Positions 1 to 9,378 of a DNA stretch of 64,000 nucleotides are shown piece after piece. Location of the stretch: the NCBI GenBank assembly GCA_963768175.1, contig CAVYGQ010000001.1:510305-574304 (forward strand), written 5' to 3'. Below the pieces are notes generated by a model, which did no database searches, was not told the DNA's origin, and saw nothing but the letters and a program-made list of their open reading frames with translations. Source of the stretch: Candidatus Doudnabacteria bacterium. Its GTDB lineage: Bacteria; Patescibacteriota; Doudnabacteria; UBA920. A program made the position numbers and the translations under genes. The first letter of the stretch is position 1, and each line of letters begins with the position of its first letter.

Positions 1-1788
1 TGAATTGGCAACTACAATATTCCCCGAGGCCGCGGGCGGCCCGAGCTGAATGACCATTTTTTGGTACCAAAGGTAGGTTGTCGGTGCAATTTTCACAATC
101 GCCTGTCCACCGCCAACGGTAACCGTCGGGCTTGAACCAAAATTATTGCCGTAAATCGTAACGTAAACGCCGTTATTATTTTCCCCGCCGGTGTTCGGGC
201 CGGATATTAAATCTGTAAAAAACAAAACCGGCGCGCCGTTGCCGGAAGGCGGTGGCTGGACTGCGGTAACCGTTACGACGGTTTGGGCGGTCACGCTGCC
301 GCTGCTGTTGGTGGCAGTCAACGTGTAAGTAGTGGTATTAGAGGGGCTGACTGTTATTGAAGAGCCGCTGAGTGTGCCCACGCCGTTATCAATGGACAAT
401 GAGCTGGCTCCGGAGACCGACCACGACAAAGTGGCCGATGAACCGGAGTTTATGGAAGACGGCGAGGCGGAAAAGGAAGAGATGGTGGGGGCGGGCGTGG
501 AATTTGAAACGGTAACGGGCACGGCAGACGTAGTTGTTTGGTTGCCGGCCGCGTCACTGGCTAAGGCGGTCAAAGTGTGCGAACCATTGCTGGCGGCCGC
601 GGTGTTCCAAGAATAAGAATATGGCGCTACCGTAATTAATGAGCCAAGGTTGCTGCCGTCAAGTTTAAATTGCACGCCCGCCACCCCGACATTATCGGAC
701 GCGCTGGCAATAACGGAAATTGTGCCGGTCACTGTACCGCCGGAAGTTGGGGATGTAATGCTTACTGTGGGAGGCGTAGTGTCGGAAGAAGAAACTGTCA
801 CTGTAGTTTGGGCAGTCACGGTGCCGGCGGAATTGGTTGCCGTTAAAATGTAAGTCGTGGTTTGCGTCGGCGAAACAGAAACCGATGAGCCGGAGACCGT
901 ACCTACTCCGTTATTTATAGAAAGTGCCGGTGCCGGGCTGCCTGAAACCGACCACGACAATGTGGCCGACGAGCCGGCGGTTATGGAAGACGGCGAGGCG
1001 GAAAAAGAAGAAATCGCAGGCGCAGTTGAGGAAGAGCCTCCGGAAGCAGCCTTAAAAGTCACAACCAGTGCCCCGATTTCATAATCGGAGCCGTGGGTGA
1101 AGCTTCCGGTAGCGGCGTATTGGCCGGCGGCGGAAACAATTTGGTCTTCGGCAAAAGAGCCTCCTTGGGTTTTGCGGGCGGCAAAACCGCTGCCGGCCGT
1201 CCAGACCGGAATGTCAGATTGAGCCTCGCCGGCAAAACCCCACAATACTTCATTGGCCTGGGCGGTAGTAGCCGTAGTGCCGCTTGTAAAACTGGAACCG
1301 CTGTTATAACCGTTGTCATATTTTTGTGATTGGTCCAGGGGCGCCGTAGTGTCCGCCCCGCTGTATTCGCTGACAATTACGTCTATTCCCCCATATGGCG
1401 CGGCAACCGTAACCGAGGTGGCGCCGGCCGCGATATTTTTTGCGTAATAAACCGCGAACCTGTTGCTGGAAACACTCAGGCTGGAAGCAAGAGTAAACGA
1501 GTCGCTTTTATTATCCGCTACCGAAGTCGGCAAACCGTTGGATGAATTAACACCCACAACCAGCAAGTCCCCGACCGAGGTGGCGGCCAAACTTACGCTG
1601 ACCGAAGTTCCGCCGCTTGTGGTGTTGCCGGCGGTTTGGACTTGCATTATGGTGCTGGCTCCCAATACCTGACCCGAAGCATTTAAAAGCTCCTGCCAGG
1701 TTAGGGCCTGGGCGCTTTGGAATGCCAAAACCCATCCGATTGTTAAAAATGCAAAAAATTTTAAGCTTTTTCTTTTTAGTTTGTTCAT
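1..1788 (-). CDS. Large secreted repeat-containing surface protein, N-terminal part; ORF runs off the window start. Signal peptide MNKLKRKSLKFFAFLTIGWVLAFQSAQA, then Ser/Thr/Gly-rich tandem Ig-like repeats.
   Basis: Hand translation of the minus strand from ATG at 1788 gives a clean signal peptide and an open frame toward position 1. The plus-strand ORFs 332-616 and 857-1084 are near-identical antisense shadows of two tandem repeat units. No stop in this frame within the window, which is consistent with its absence from the ORF track. Confidence 0.55.
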   Translation of the reverse strand, partial: MNKLKRKSLKFFAFLTIGWVLAFQSAQALTWQELLNASGQVLGASTIMQVQTAGNTTSGGTSVSVSLAATSVGDLLVVGVNSSNGLPTSVADNKSDSFTLASSLSVSSNRFAVYYAKNIAAGATSVTVAAPYGGIDVIVSEYSGADTTAPLDQSQKYDNGYNSGSSFTSGTTATTAQANEVLWGFAGEAQSDIPVWTAGSGFAARKTQGGSFAEDQIVSAAGQYAATGSFTHGSDYEIGALVVTFKAASGGSSSTAPAISSFSASPSSITAGSSATLSWSVSGSPAPALSINNGVGTVSGSSVSVSPTQTTTYILTATNSAGTVTAQTTVTVSSSDTTPPTVSITSPTSGGTVTGTISVIASASDNVGVAGVQFKLDGSNLGSLITVAPYSYSWNTAAASNGSHTLTALASDAAGNQTTTSAVPVTVSNSTPAPTISSFSASPSSINSGSSATLSWSVSGASSLSIDNGVGTLSGSSITVSPSNTTTYTLTATNSSGSVTAQTVVTVTAVQPPPSGNGAPVLFFTDLISGPNTGGENNNGVYVTIYGNNFGSSPTVTVGGGQAIVKIAPTTYLWYQKMVIQLGPPAASGNIVVANS

Positions 1789-1971
1789 ATTTATTTTTTG
1801 TGCTTTTCCAAGCACGTTAGTAATAAAAAAGCAGAGTTAACCGGCGAAAAGATTAATCTCTGCATGAGAAAGTTTTAAAATATATTTTTCGGCTTTTATC
1901 TGGTAATTCGGATATGGCATAAATTTAAAAAATTCATAAAGGTAAAATTATTATAGCATATCTGATATTTT

Positions 1972-2898
1972 TTACATAACGATGTCCCGTGGTTTTTTTT
2001 GCCGAATATTGTGGCCGCCAAATTGCTTGCGAAGCAGCGCTACGAGCTTATTGGAAAATTTTTGTTGGTTTTTCGGCTCTAAGGATTCCTGCCGAACTTT
2101 AAAAGAATCTTCAATGACGCGGGCGTCAACTCCCAGCTCTTTGGCAGCCTGGATTGTCCACTCGCCTTCGCCGGTGGATTCAATTACGCCCGAGGTATTT
2201 TTAACGTCTTCTTTTTCAAAAATGTTTCGCGTTAAATCCACCAGCCAAGACTTTATGACCGAGCCTTCCTGGTAAATTTTGGTAACTTGCGCTAAATCCA
2301 ATTTAAAATCGGACGCATTTAAAACGCCATAACCTTCGGCAATGGCTTCCATCATGCCGTATTCGATGCCGTTGTGCACCATTTTAACAAAATGCCCGGC
2401 GCCGTTTTCGCCAACCAGTCCGTAATTTTCCCCGCTGGACAAAGCCTTAAAAATTGGCTCAATTTTCGGCCAAAACAATTTTGGCCCGCCGACCATTAAG
2501 GCAAAACCGTTCTGTTCCCCCCACACGCCGCCGCTGGTGCCGCAATCAAAGTAGGCCACTCCTTTTGCTTCCATTTCCCGGGCGCGGCGGATGGAATCTT
2601 TATAAAAACTGTTGCCGCCGTCTATCACTATATCCGCCAAATTAAAATATTTACTCAGCTCGTTGTTCAAAAAATCGTCCACCGCCGTATGCGGCAGCAT
2701 CAGCCAAAAAACCGCCCTTTCGCTGCCTATAGCTTTTATAAGCTCGGCAATATTGCCAAAGGTTTTAACCCCGGCCTTGGCGACTTCCTGCCGCGGCCCC
2801 TCGCTGCGGTTCCATGCCAAAACCTCAAAGCCTTTATTGTGCAGTCGTCGAGCAATTTGGCTGCCCATTTTTCCTAAACCAAAAACCACAATTTGCAT
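1972..2898 (-). CDS. gnd: 6-phosphogluconate dehydrogenase (decarboxylating), short Gnd/YqeC-like form
   Basis: N-terminal Rossmann motif MQIVVFGLGKMGSQIARRL, GGNS...GTSGG motif and 6PGDH C-terminal domain. The ORF track starts 14 codons upstream (2940), but the canonical start is the internal Met at 2898. Confidence 0.8.
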   Translation of the reverse strand: MQIVVFGLGKMGSQIARRLHNKGFEVLAWNRSEGPRQEVAKAGVKTFGNIAELIKAIGSERAVFWLMLPHTAVDDFLNNELSKYFNLADIVIDGGNSFYKDSIRRAREMEAKGVAYFDCGTSGGVWGEQNGFALMVGGPKLFWPKIEPIFKALSSGENYGLVGENGAGHFVKMVHNGIEYGMMEAIAEGYGVLNASDFKLDLAQVTKIYQEGSVIKSWLVDLTRNIFEKEDVKNTSGVIESTGEGEWTIQAAKELGVDARVIEDSFKVRQESLEPKNQQKFSNKLVALLRKQFGGHNIRQKKPRDIVM

Positions 2899-2907
2899 AA
2901 GTTTATT

Positions 2908-2996
2908 CACATGATTGACATGATTGATCAAGAATGACAAGATTGTCAGACCTTAATCATGTCAATCATTTAATTCTTTTGATTCTTGTCAATCAT
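2908..2996. promoter_or_regulatory. Cluster of palindromes and inverted ATGATTGACA motifs between zwf and gnd
   Basis: ATGATTGACATGATTGA (2911-2927). Perfect palindrome TGACAAGATTGTCA (2935-2948). ATCATGTCAATCAT (2956-2969) is the reverse complement of the upstream copy. TTGATTCTTGTCAATCAT (2979-2996). Confidence 0.35.
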
Positions 2997-4489
2997 TTCG
3001 TCCACCACTCTTTGGCGTCCCTCTTTATCCATTCATCCGCCTCCTTGGGGCCGTTGGACCTGGGCTTGTAAATATGGTTCGGCAGATTCCTGAACTCTTT
3101 GGCCTCGGTAATGCTGTCCACAAACTTCCAGCTGGCCTCTATTTCGTCGCTGCGGATGAACAAACGCTGGTCGCCTTCCAAAAAATCCAACAGCAAACGT
3201 TCATAAGCTCCCGGTATTTCCCCCTTAAAGGCGCGCCCGTAGCCGAATTCAAAATCGCCGCGGTGGAGGTTTACGCCAAAACCGGGAATTTTGTTGTTAA
3301 TCTGCAAATGCACCGATTCGTCCGGCTGGATTTGGAAAGTTAAGACGTTCGGCGCGTAGCCTTCAAACAAACTGCGGACCGGCTCGCGGAAATGGATGGA
3401 AATTTGGGTCAGCTTTTTGGAAAGTTTCTTGCCGGTTTTTAAATAAAAAGGCACGCCGGCCCAGCGCGGCAAATTGACGTAAGTTTTCAGCGCAAAGAAC
3501 GTTTCCGTCCGGCTTTGCTCCCCCGACTCGCGTGCCCAGGGCGAAACCGCGACTTCTTTTGCGTAACCCTGATACTGCCCCTTAACCAACCGCGCAGCCA
3601 ATTTTTCCGGCGTAAACGGCTCTAAAGCCTGCAGGACTTTTATTTTTTCGTCGCGGATGAATTCCGCCGTCAGTTTATACGGCTCGTCCATGGCGATTAA
3701 CGCCAACATCTGCAAAATATGGTTTTGCAAAAAATCTTTTATGGCGCCGGTGGAATCGTAATAGCCAATCCGCCCGGCCGCGCCGTCCTTTTCCAAAACC
3801 GAAATTTCCACATGGTCTATAAAGCGGTTATTCCATAGCGGCTCAAACAAGCTGTTGGCAAACCTTACCACCATCAGGTTCTGCACGGTTTCCTTGCCCA
3901 CATAGTGGTCAATGCGGTAAATTTGGTCCTCGGTAAAATATTTCAGCAGCAGCTGGTTTAAATTTTGCGCGGATTTTAAATTAAACCCGAACGGCTTTTC
4001 CAGCAACACCCTGACTTTGCGCTCATGCTCGGCGCAGGAAACCAGCAGACCCGAAGCTTTTAAAATTTTAGTGATAGGAGCAAACTGCTGGGGGTTGGTG
4101 GCAAAATAAAACAGGCGATTAAAGCAGACGTGTTTGGGCTGGTCGTGGTCGGCCAAAATTTTGGCCAAATCGGTAAACTGCTCCGCATGGTCAAAATCCC
4201 CGGAATAATATATCAAATGTTTTAAAAATGCGGATTTCTTGGTCGCGCTCAATTTTTTTACGACGCGGGATTTCTTGATTATAAAATTCAAATACGCTTT
4301 TGCCGTAAACGGGCGCCTGGCCACGCAAACCAACTTAAAAGTTTTTGGCAGCAATTTGTGCTCGTCCATATGCAAAAGAGCCGGGATTAAATAATCCGCG
4401 CTTAAATCCCCGGTCGCGCCAAAAATAGTTAAAATGGTCGGCGGCAAGTTTTGGCTAATACTATGGGAATGTATGTCTTCTTTGGCCAT
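2993..4489 (-). CDS. zwf: Glucose-6-phosphate 1-dehydrogenase
   Basis: Diagnostic RIDHYVGKE active-site motif, N-terminal NADP-binding GATGDL, length 498 aa. Confidence 0.9.
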   Translation of the reverse strand: MAKEDIHSHSISQNLPPTILTIFGATGDLSADYLIPALLHMDEHKLLPKTFKLVCVARRPFTAKAYLNFIIKKSRVVKKLSATKKSAFLKHLIYYSGDFDHAEQFTDLAKILADHDQPKHVCFNRLFYFATNPQQFAPITKILKASGLLVSCAEHERKVRVLLEKPFGFNLKSAQNLNQLLLKYFTEDQIYRIDHYVGKETVQNLMVVRFANSLFEPLWNNRFIDHVEISVLEKDGAAGRIGYYDSTGAIKDFLQNHILQMLALIAMDEPYKLTAEFIRDEKIKVLQALEPFTPEKLAARLVKGQYQGYAKEVAVSPWARESGEQSRTETFFALKTYVNLPRWAGVPFYLKTGKKLSKKLTQISIHFREPVRSLFEGYAPNVLTFQIQPDESVHLQINNKIPGFGVNLHRGDFEFGYGRAFKGEIPGAYERLLLDFLEGDQRLFIRSDEIEASWKFVDSITEAKEFRNLPNHIYKPRSNGPKEADEWIKRDAKEWWTK

Positions 4490-4552
4490 AAAATTGGCTA
4501 TTGCCCATTAAATATACCATAAATCCCCGGTGCAAAAAAGCCCGCGCCACGA

Positions 4553-4583
4553 CAAGGGGCATCCTTTTGTAGCAAAAGGATGC
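4553..4583. terminator. GC hairpin GGGGCATCCTTTTG-tag-CAAAAGGATGCCCC between the AI-2E gene and zwf; weak U-tract
   Basis: Perfect 14-bp stem seen directly. The flanking T-run is weak in both orientations. Confidence 0.3.
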
Positions 4584-4605
4584 CCCTTATTATGGTTAGT
4601 CGTTA

Positions 4606-5628
4606 TTATTCTTTCCCCTTAATCTCCGTCCGGTATATTTCCACCAGCGCCACAAAAATTGCCATAAGTATCGGCCCAAGCAATACGCCCAAAACGCCAA
4701 AGCTCACAATCCCGCCCAAGATGGCGAATATGGTCAACAGTGGATGCAGCCGCACCCGGGAAGAAACCAGCTTGGCGGCCAAAATGTTGTCTATTAGCGC
4801 CACGCTAAAACCCGCCCAAATTGCCAGGCCAACCGCGCCAGCCACATTGCCGGTTAAATATAAATAGCAGACTGCCGGTATCCAGACCAAAGATGTTCCG
4901 AAAGTCGGCACAAAAGCCGCCACAAACATCGCGCACCCCCACAACAAAGAGTTGGGCAGGTCAAAAATGGTAAAACCAATAAAAGCTGCCGTGGAAATTG
5001 TCAGCACCACCAAAAACTGTCCCTTAACCACGCCGCTAACCGCTTGCGTAAGTTTGGTAAATAAAATATTTTCGTTGGCCTGGGAAAGCGGTAAAAGATC
5101 TATCAACAATTTTTTAATTTTCTCCCAGTCGCGCAGTAAAAAGAAAGTGCTGAAGGCCACTACTATTAAAGAGCCAAACAGCCAGCCCAAGCTGGAAAGC
5201 AGCCCCGACAGGCTGGTAAAAGCCTGGCCAGTGAGCTGAGAAGCCCAGGTGTGAAGATCGACGTTAAAACTTAAAGTTAATTGCTGTAAAGACGGTGGCA
5301 GATTTTGGATAAAATTATTTGACTGCCCGGCCAAATTGTCCAAGTTGAGCGATTTATAAAAATTCGCCAGTTCAAAAAAGACCTGTTGGCCAATTAGAAG
5401 AACCGGCCCGGCAATAATTGCCGCGATTAGCAATACCACAAATCCGGCCGACATGTTAGGCATTTTTGTATGCTGAACTATGCGGTTATAAAATGGATGG
5501 AACAGCACGGCCAAAACCACGGCAAAAGCCAGCAGTTCCCAGAACGGCCAAAAAATCTTTAATATAATTAAAGCGACAATTGCCAATAGCACAAAGAAGC
5601 TGATGGTTTGGGTTTTTTGTTTCAACAT
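4606..5628 (-). CDS. AI-2E family (PerM/UPF0118) transporter, multi-pass membrane protein
   Basis: About 8 hydrophobic helices with a typical AI-2E topology pattern; 340 aa. Confidence 0.65.
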   Translation of the reverse strand: MLKQKTQTISFFVLLAIVALIILKIFWPFWELLAFAVVLAVLFHPFYNRIVQHTKMPNMSAGFVVLLIAAIIAGPVLLIGQQVFFELANFYKSLNLDNLAGQSNNFIQNLPPSLQQLTLSFNVDLHTWASQLTGQAFTSLSGLLSSLGWLFGSLIVVAFSTFFLLRDWEKIKKLLIDLLPLSQANENILFTKLTQAVSGVVKGQFLVVLTISTAAFIGFTIFDLPNSLLWGCAMFVAAFVPTFGTSLVWIPAVCYLYLTGNVAGAVGLAIWAGFSVALIDNILAAKLVSSRVRLHPLLTIFAILGGIVSFGVLGVLLGPILMAIFVALVEIYRTEIKGKE

Positions 5629-6154
5629 AAGGTTTGATACTGATATACGGATTAATACTGACCCGCCTGCCTACGCCTTCTGCCAAATTTTGATGGATAT
5701 TGATAATAAAATCAATAACCAACATCCATCGGACAGGCACAGACGGCATTGGCGGGCAGGTGATACAGATAATACGGATGTGTGATATCAGTATTATCAG
5801 TATAATCCGCATGCATTAGTATATCGGTATCTTATAAATATTATAGCAAATTTTTGCGAAAAAAGCATTTTGAATAAAGTACCGGTAGTTAGCCCATTCA
5901 TGGGCTGTTATGTTTTCTTATGAAGACAGCTGATAAATCAGCTAACTACACTACATGGCTGCCAACATTGACAAAACGCCAATATTTATGCTATATTTGT
6001 AGCGCAAACCCGGAAGAAGCGGGGTTTTTATTTGAAAATATAGAACACGGATTTACGGATAAAGAACGGATCTACCGATATCTACCGATTCTAACAAACA
6101 ATATCCGTAGACATCCGTTGATCCGAATCCAATCAGTAGATCCGTGTTAATTTT

Positions 6155-8134
6155 ATGAAACGCGACAACATCCGCAACATCGCCATAATCGCCCACGTTG
6201 ACCACGGCAAGACTACTTTGGTTGACGCCATGCTCAAGCAAACCCATACGGTTAAGGACAACCCCGAGACCAAAGATTTAATTATGGACAGCATGGATTT
6301 GGAGCGCGAGCGCGGCATTACCATTCGGGCGAAAAACGCTTCGCTTATTTATAACGGCATTCACCCCGTTAAATCCGCCGAAGGCGGGGCTGCTTCGCAG
6401 CCATTTAACGGGGTGAAAATTAACCTCATAGATACGCCGGGCCACACGGATTTTGGCGGCGAAGTGGAGCGGACTTTGCGTATGGCCGACGGCGTACTTT
6501 TACTGGTGGACGCCAAAGAAGGCCCTATGCCGCAAACCAAATTCGTGCTTAAAAAAGCTTTGGAGCTCGGTCTTAAAGCCATTGTCGTAATTAATAAAGT
6601 AGATAAACCAGACGCACAGGTGGAAGAGTCCACCAATAAAACTTTTGATTTATTTGTAAAACTGGATGCCAAAGATCACCAACTGGATTTCCAAATTATT
6701 TACGCGGCGGGCAGTTTGGGTTTGGCCGATACCGATTTAGAAAGTTTAAGATCCAAAATCAAAAGCCATGCCGCGCCGGATGTTGCTCCCCTATTTGAGT
6801 CCATAATTAAATTTATTCCAGCACCCGACGTAAAACCTGAAGATCCTTTTGCCATGCTGGTTTTGGCTTTGGTTTACGACAACTACAAAGGCAAAATGGG
6901 CATTGGTAAAATTATTTCCGGCTCCATTAAAAAAGCGCAAACCATTTGCAGAATCAAGACCGACGGCCAGCGCGACAACGGCAAAATTACTTCCTTACAA
7001 ATGTATGAAGGTTTGGCGCCCGTGAACGTGGAAGAAGCCGTAGCCGGCGACATTGTGGCCATTGGCGGCTTTGACGACATTTCCATTGGCGAAACTTTAA
7101 CCGATCCCCTAAATCCCATCCATTTGGAGCCGGTAGAAATAGAGCCGCCCACAATTAAAATGACCTTTGGCGTGAACACTTCCCCGTTTGCCGGCAAAGA
7201 GGGCAAGTTTGTGACCTCCCGCAATTTGCGGCAGCGGCTTTACAAAGAGCTGGAAATAAACGTGGCGCTTAAAGTTGCCCCGTCCGAAGAAGGAGCCGAA
7301 AGCTTTTTGGTTAGCGGACGCGGCGAACTGCATTTGGGAGTTTTGATTGAAACGATGAGGAGAGAAGGTTTTGAACTGCAGGTTTCCCAGCCGCAGGTTA
7401 TTTACCATTATGCTCCAAAATCTCACCCCCACCTAGCCTCCCCCCTCAAGGGGGAGGAAAACAAAGTTTCCCTCCCTGGAGTGGAGGGGTCAGGGGAAGG
7501 TGATATGATTAAGCTTGAGCCCTACGAAATTGTCAGCATAGATGTGCCCAGCGAATATCAGGGCGCGGTAATAGAAAATTTGGGCAAGCGCGGCGGGGAA
7601 ATGCAAGGCCTGGACACCAGCTCAAGCGGCGAAATGCACGCGGAATATCTTATCCCCACCAGAGGGCTTATTGGCCTAAAAAGCTTATTGCTTACCCAAA
7701 CGCGCGGCACCGTAATAATGAACAATTTATTTGACAGCTATAAACCCGTACACGAAATAGATTCCCACGCCAATGACCACGGCAGTTTAATTTCCAGCGA
7801 AACCGGCGTATCCAACGCTTACGGCCTTAACAACGCGCAGGAGCGCGGCATCCTGTTTATCGGCCCAGCCGTGGATGTTTACGAAGGCATGGTAGTAGGA
7901 AAAAACTCTGTAGATACGGACTTGGAATTAAACGTCTGTAAAACTAAAAAACTCACCAACATCCGCTCCTCCGGCACGGACGAAGCCATAATCTTAACCC
8001 CTCCCCGCCCCATTGAGCTGGACTTTGCGTTGGAATACATCGGCCCTGACGAGTTGGTGGAAGTTACCCCCAAGAGCATTCGCATTCGCAAAAAAATCTT
8101 GAACGCCACCGAACGCAAACGCGCCGCCCGCTAA
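6155..8134 (+). CDS. typA: Translational GTPase TypA/BipA (carries two in-frame insertions)
   Basis: [13 protein letters not shown]1 motif, [20 protein letters not shown], and the BipA C-terminal domain. Length 659 aa versus about 600-610 for canonical BipA. Confidence 0.9.
   Translation: MKRDNIRNIAIIAHVDHGKTTLVDAMLKQTHTVKDNPETKDLIMDSMDLERERGITIRAKNASLIYNGIHPVKSAEGGAASQPFNGVKINLIDTPGHTDFGGEVERTLRMADGVLLLVDAKEGPMPQTKFVLKKALELGLKAIVVINKVDKPDAQVEESTNKTFDLFVKLDAKDHQLDFQIIYAAGSLGLADTDLESLRSKIKSHAAPDVAPLFESIIKFIPAPDVKPEDPFAMLVLALVYDNYKGKMGIGKIISGSIKKAQTICRIKTDGQRDNGKITSLQMYEGLAPVNVEEAVAGDIVAIGGFDDISIGETLTDPLNPIHLEPVEIEPPTIKMTFGVNTSPFAGKEGKFVTSRNLRQRLYKELEINVALKVAPSEEGAESFLVSGRGELHLGVLIETMRREGFELQVSQPQVIYHYAPKSHPHLASPLKGEENKVSLPGVEGSGEGDMIKLEPYEIVSIDVPSEYQGAVIENLGKRGGEMQGLDTSSSGEMHAEYLIPTRGLIGLKSLLLTQTRGTVIMNNLFDSYKPVHEIDSHANDHGSLISSETGVSNAYGLNNAQERGILFIGPAVDVYEGMVVGKNSVDTDLELNVCKTKKLTNIRSSGTDEAIILTPPRPIELDFALEYIGPDELVEVTPKSIRIRKKILNATERKRAAR
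6359..6418 (+). repeat. Palindromic element inserted in-frame in typA. It is a perfect 14-bp terminal inverted repeat ATTCACCCCGTTAAAT / ATTTAACGGGGTGAA enclosing two nested hairpins (CCGCCgaaGGCGG and GGCTGCttcGCAGCC).
   Basis: Seen in sequence. Encodes [18 protein letters not shown] inserted between YNG and [11 protein letters not shown] of the otherwise canonical G domain. AACGG is duplicated at both junctions. Confidence 0.65.
7421..7504 (+). repeat. Second GC-rich hairpin-bearing in-frame insertion in typA. Hairpins are CCTCCCCC-TCAA-GGGGGAGG and CCCTCC-ctggagt-GGAGGG. Outer ends TCACCCCC...GGTGA resemble the first element.
   Basis: Encodes about 34 extra residues ([34 protein letters not shown]) between the conserved QVIY and IKLEPYE segments. 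Confidence 0.45.
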
Positions 8135-8136
8135 CC

Positions 8137-8200
8137 TACCTGTCATTCCGGCCTCCGAGCCGGAATCCATATCACGCAAAACCCCGCCAACCGGCGGGGT
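8137..8200. terminator. Bidirectional intrinsic terminator after typA. Main hairpin AAAACCCCGCC-AACC-GGCGGGGTTTT, preceded by a second hairpin ATTCCGGC-ctccga-GCCGGAAT.
   Basis: Perfect stems with an A-tract and a T-tract, so it works on both strands (typA on plus, the 8213 gene on minus). Confidence 0.6.
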
Positions 8201-8212
8201 TTTAAATTAAAG

Positions 8213-8965
8213 TCAAACTTCCAAATCAAAGGAAATATTTTTTTCTACCCACAGAAGTCCTTTTTTAGTTAAATGCGCGGAATCGTTCCGAAAATCTAAT
8301 CTACCATCAACATTTAATTCGTTTAGCTGCCGTCGCAAAACTCCCTTGTTAGTATATCCTGTCCAATCAAAAATATCGTCCAAAGAAATATTTTCCGGAT
8401 ATTTCTGGTAACAAAAAACAAGGACTTTTTCTTTTACATTTAACTTTGAATTTAGACATTTTAGCCGGCCACCAATTTCTTCAATTATTGGTACTTTTCG
8501 TTCAATAATCTTTTTAATTTCAGCCTGAGCTTCACAGGGAGTCATTTGCGTTTCTAAACGAACCAGCTCGGCAACAATCCAATTGGCTGCATTAAGCACA
8601 AATATAGAATCCACCTCATTTACGTCTACCGCACCTGGGTGTGCTACATTCCGCTTATTGCGAAAATCCAAAATAAGCTCAGCCAACCCGAGGATGTGAA
8701 AGCGTAAAGATTCATCGAGGCTTACATTTTTCCGCACAGCGGAAGCTATAACAAGTCGCTTAATTTGAGTCCCAATTGCAGTATACTTACTCGAATGTTT
8801 ATATTCTAAAATCCGAAAAACAATTTCTGCAAATCGTCCGCCGTCTAACTGACTTGGTTCCCAACGCCCAAGAAAATACTGCTGGTGCAGTTTTTGAAAT
8901 TCAGTTTGAAGATCATTGACTAGACTGCCCGGCAAATTACTTAGGTGTTGGGTTAGTGGGTTCAT
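8213..8965 (-). CDS. Hypothetical protein with a putative HEPN-like Rx4-6H motif (FRNKRNVAHPG); possible Abi or toxin-like nuclease
   Basis: 250-aa ORF in a low-GC islet. The R-x6-H motif is embedded in a predicted helical region. The assignment rests on the motif only. Confidence 0.45.
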   Translation of the reverse strand: MNPLTQHLSNLPGSLVNDLQTEFQKLHQQYFLGRWEPSQLDGGRFAEIVFRILEYKHSSKYTAIGTQIKRLVIASAVRKNVSLDESLRFHILGLAELILDFRNKRNVAHPGAVDVNEVDSIFVLNAANWIVAELVRLETQMTPCEAQAEIKKIIERKVPIIEEIGGRLKCLNSKLNVKEKVLVFCYQKYPENISLDDIFDWTGYTNKGVLRRQLNELNVDGRLDFRNDSAHLTKKGLLWVEKNISFDLEV

Positions 8966-9350
8966 TGGTTAGAAATTTACTAAAAAATTTTTCCCCTGTT
9001 TGTGAAAGATCGAGGCTCCCATCTATCGACCTCACATACCCATCCTTAATTGCTCTACTTAATAATGTATTCGCATATTTACCATCAAATTTTCCGTTCT
9101 TCCAGCCTTCTTTTAATTCTACTTCAGTGAGTGGCTGCCGTTTCAAAATTTTTTCGTAATACCCAACAATAACACCAATTTTTTCTTGCCCCGATTTAAA
9201 ATCTTTACCCTTTATAATTTCTGCCAAGGCAGGTTGTTTACCTTTGCCCGTTCCAAGATCCGTGGTTTGAATTCCACCCTTTTCAAGTATGGTGATCCTT
9301 TTCTCGTGATCATTGAGTTGTTGAACTATTTGCTCTAAGTTGTGTGCCAT
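8937..9350 (-). CDS. Hypothetical small protein with a helical N-terminus and a possible winged-helix segment (TLLSRAIKDGYVR)
   Basis: 137-aa ORF that overlaps the downstream gene by 29 bp, suggesting an operon. Confidence 0.45.
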   Translation of the reverse strand: MAHNLEQIVQQLNDHEKRITILEKGGIQTTDLGTGKGKQPALAEIIKGKDFKSGQEKIGVIVGYYEKILKRQPLTEVELKEGWKNGKFDGKYANTLLSRAIKDGYVRSIDGSLDLSQTGEKFFSKFLTNEPTNPTPK

Positions 9351-9378
9351 AATAATTAATTAATGCTAATATGTAGAC

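Noticed and set aside
332-1084. Plus-strand ORFs 332-616, 650-853 and 857-1084 with acidic, low-complexity translations
   Set aside because: They are antisense shadows of the tandem repeats in the minus-strand secreted protein (signal peptide at 1788). The two longest are near-duplicates of each other, mirroring the repeat units.
5920-6150. Plus-strand 76-aa ORF upstream of typA, and minus ORFs 5486-5812 and 6053-6324
   Set aside because: They lie inside the ACGGAT/ATCCGT repeat-rich leader, have no coding-like composition and overlap each other, so they are likelier artefacts of the repeats.
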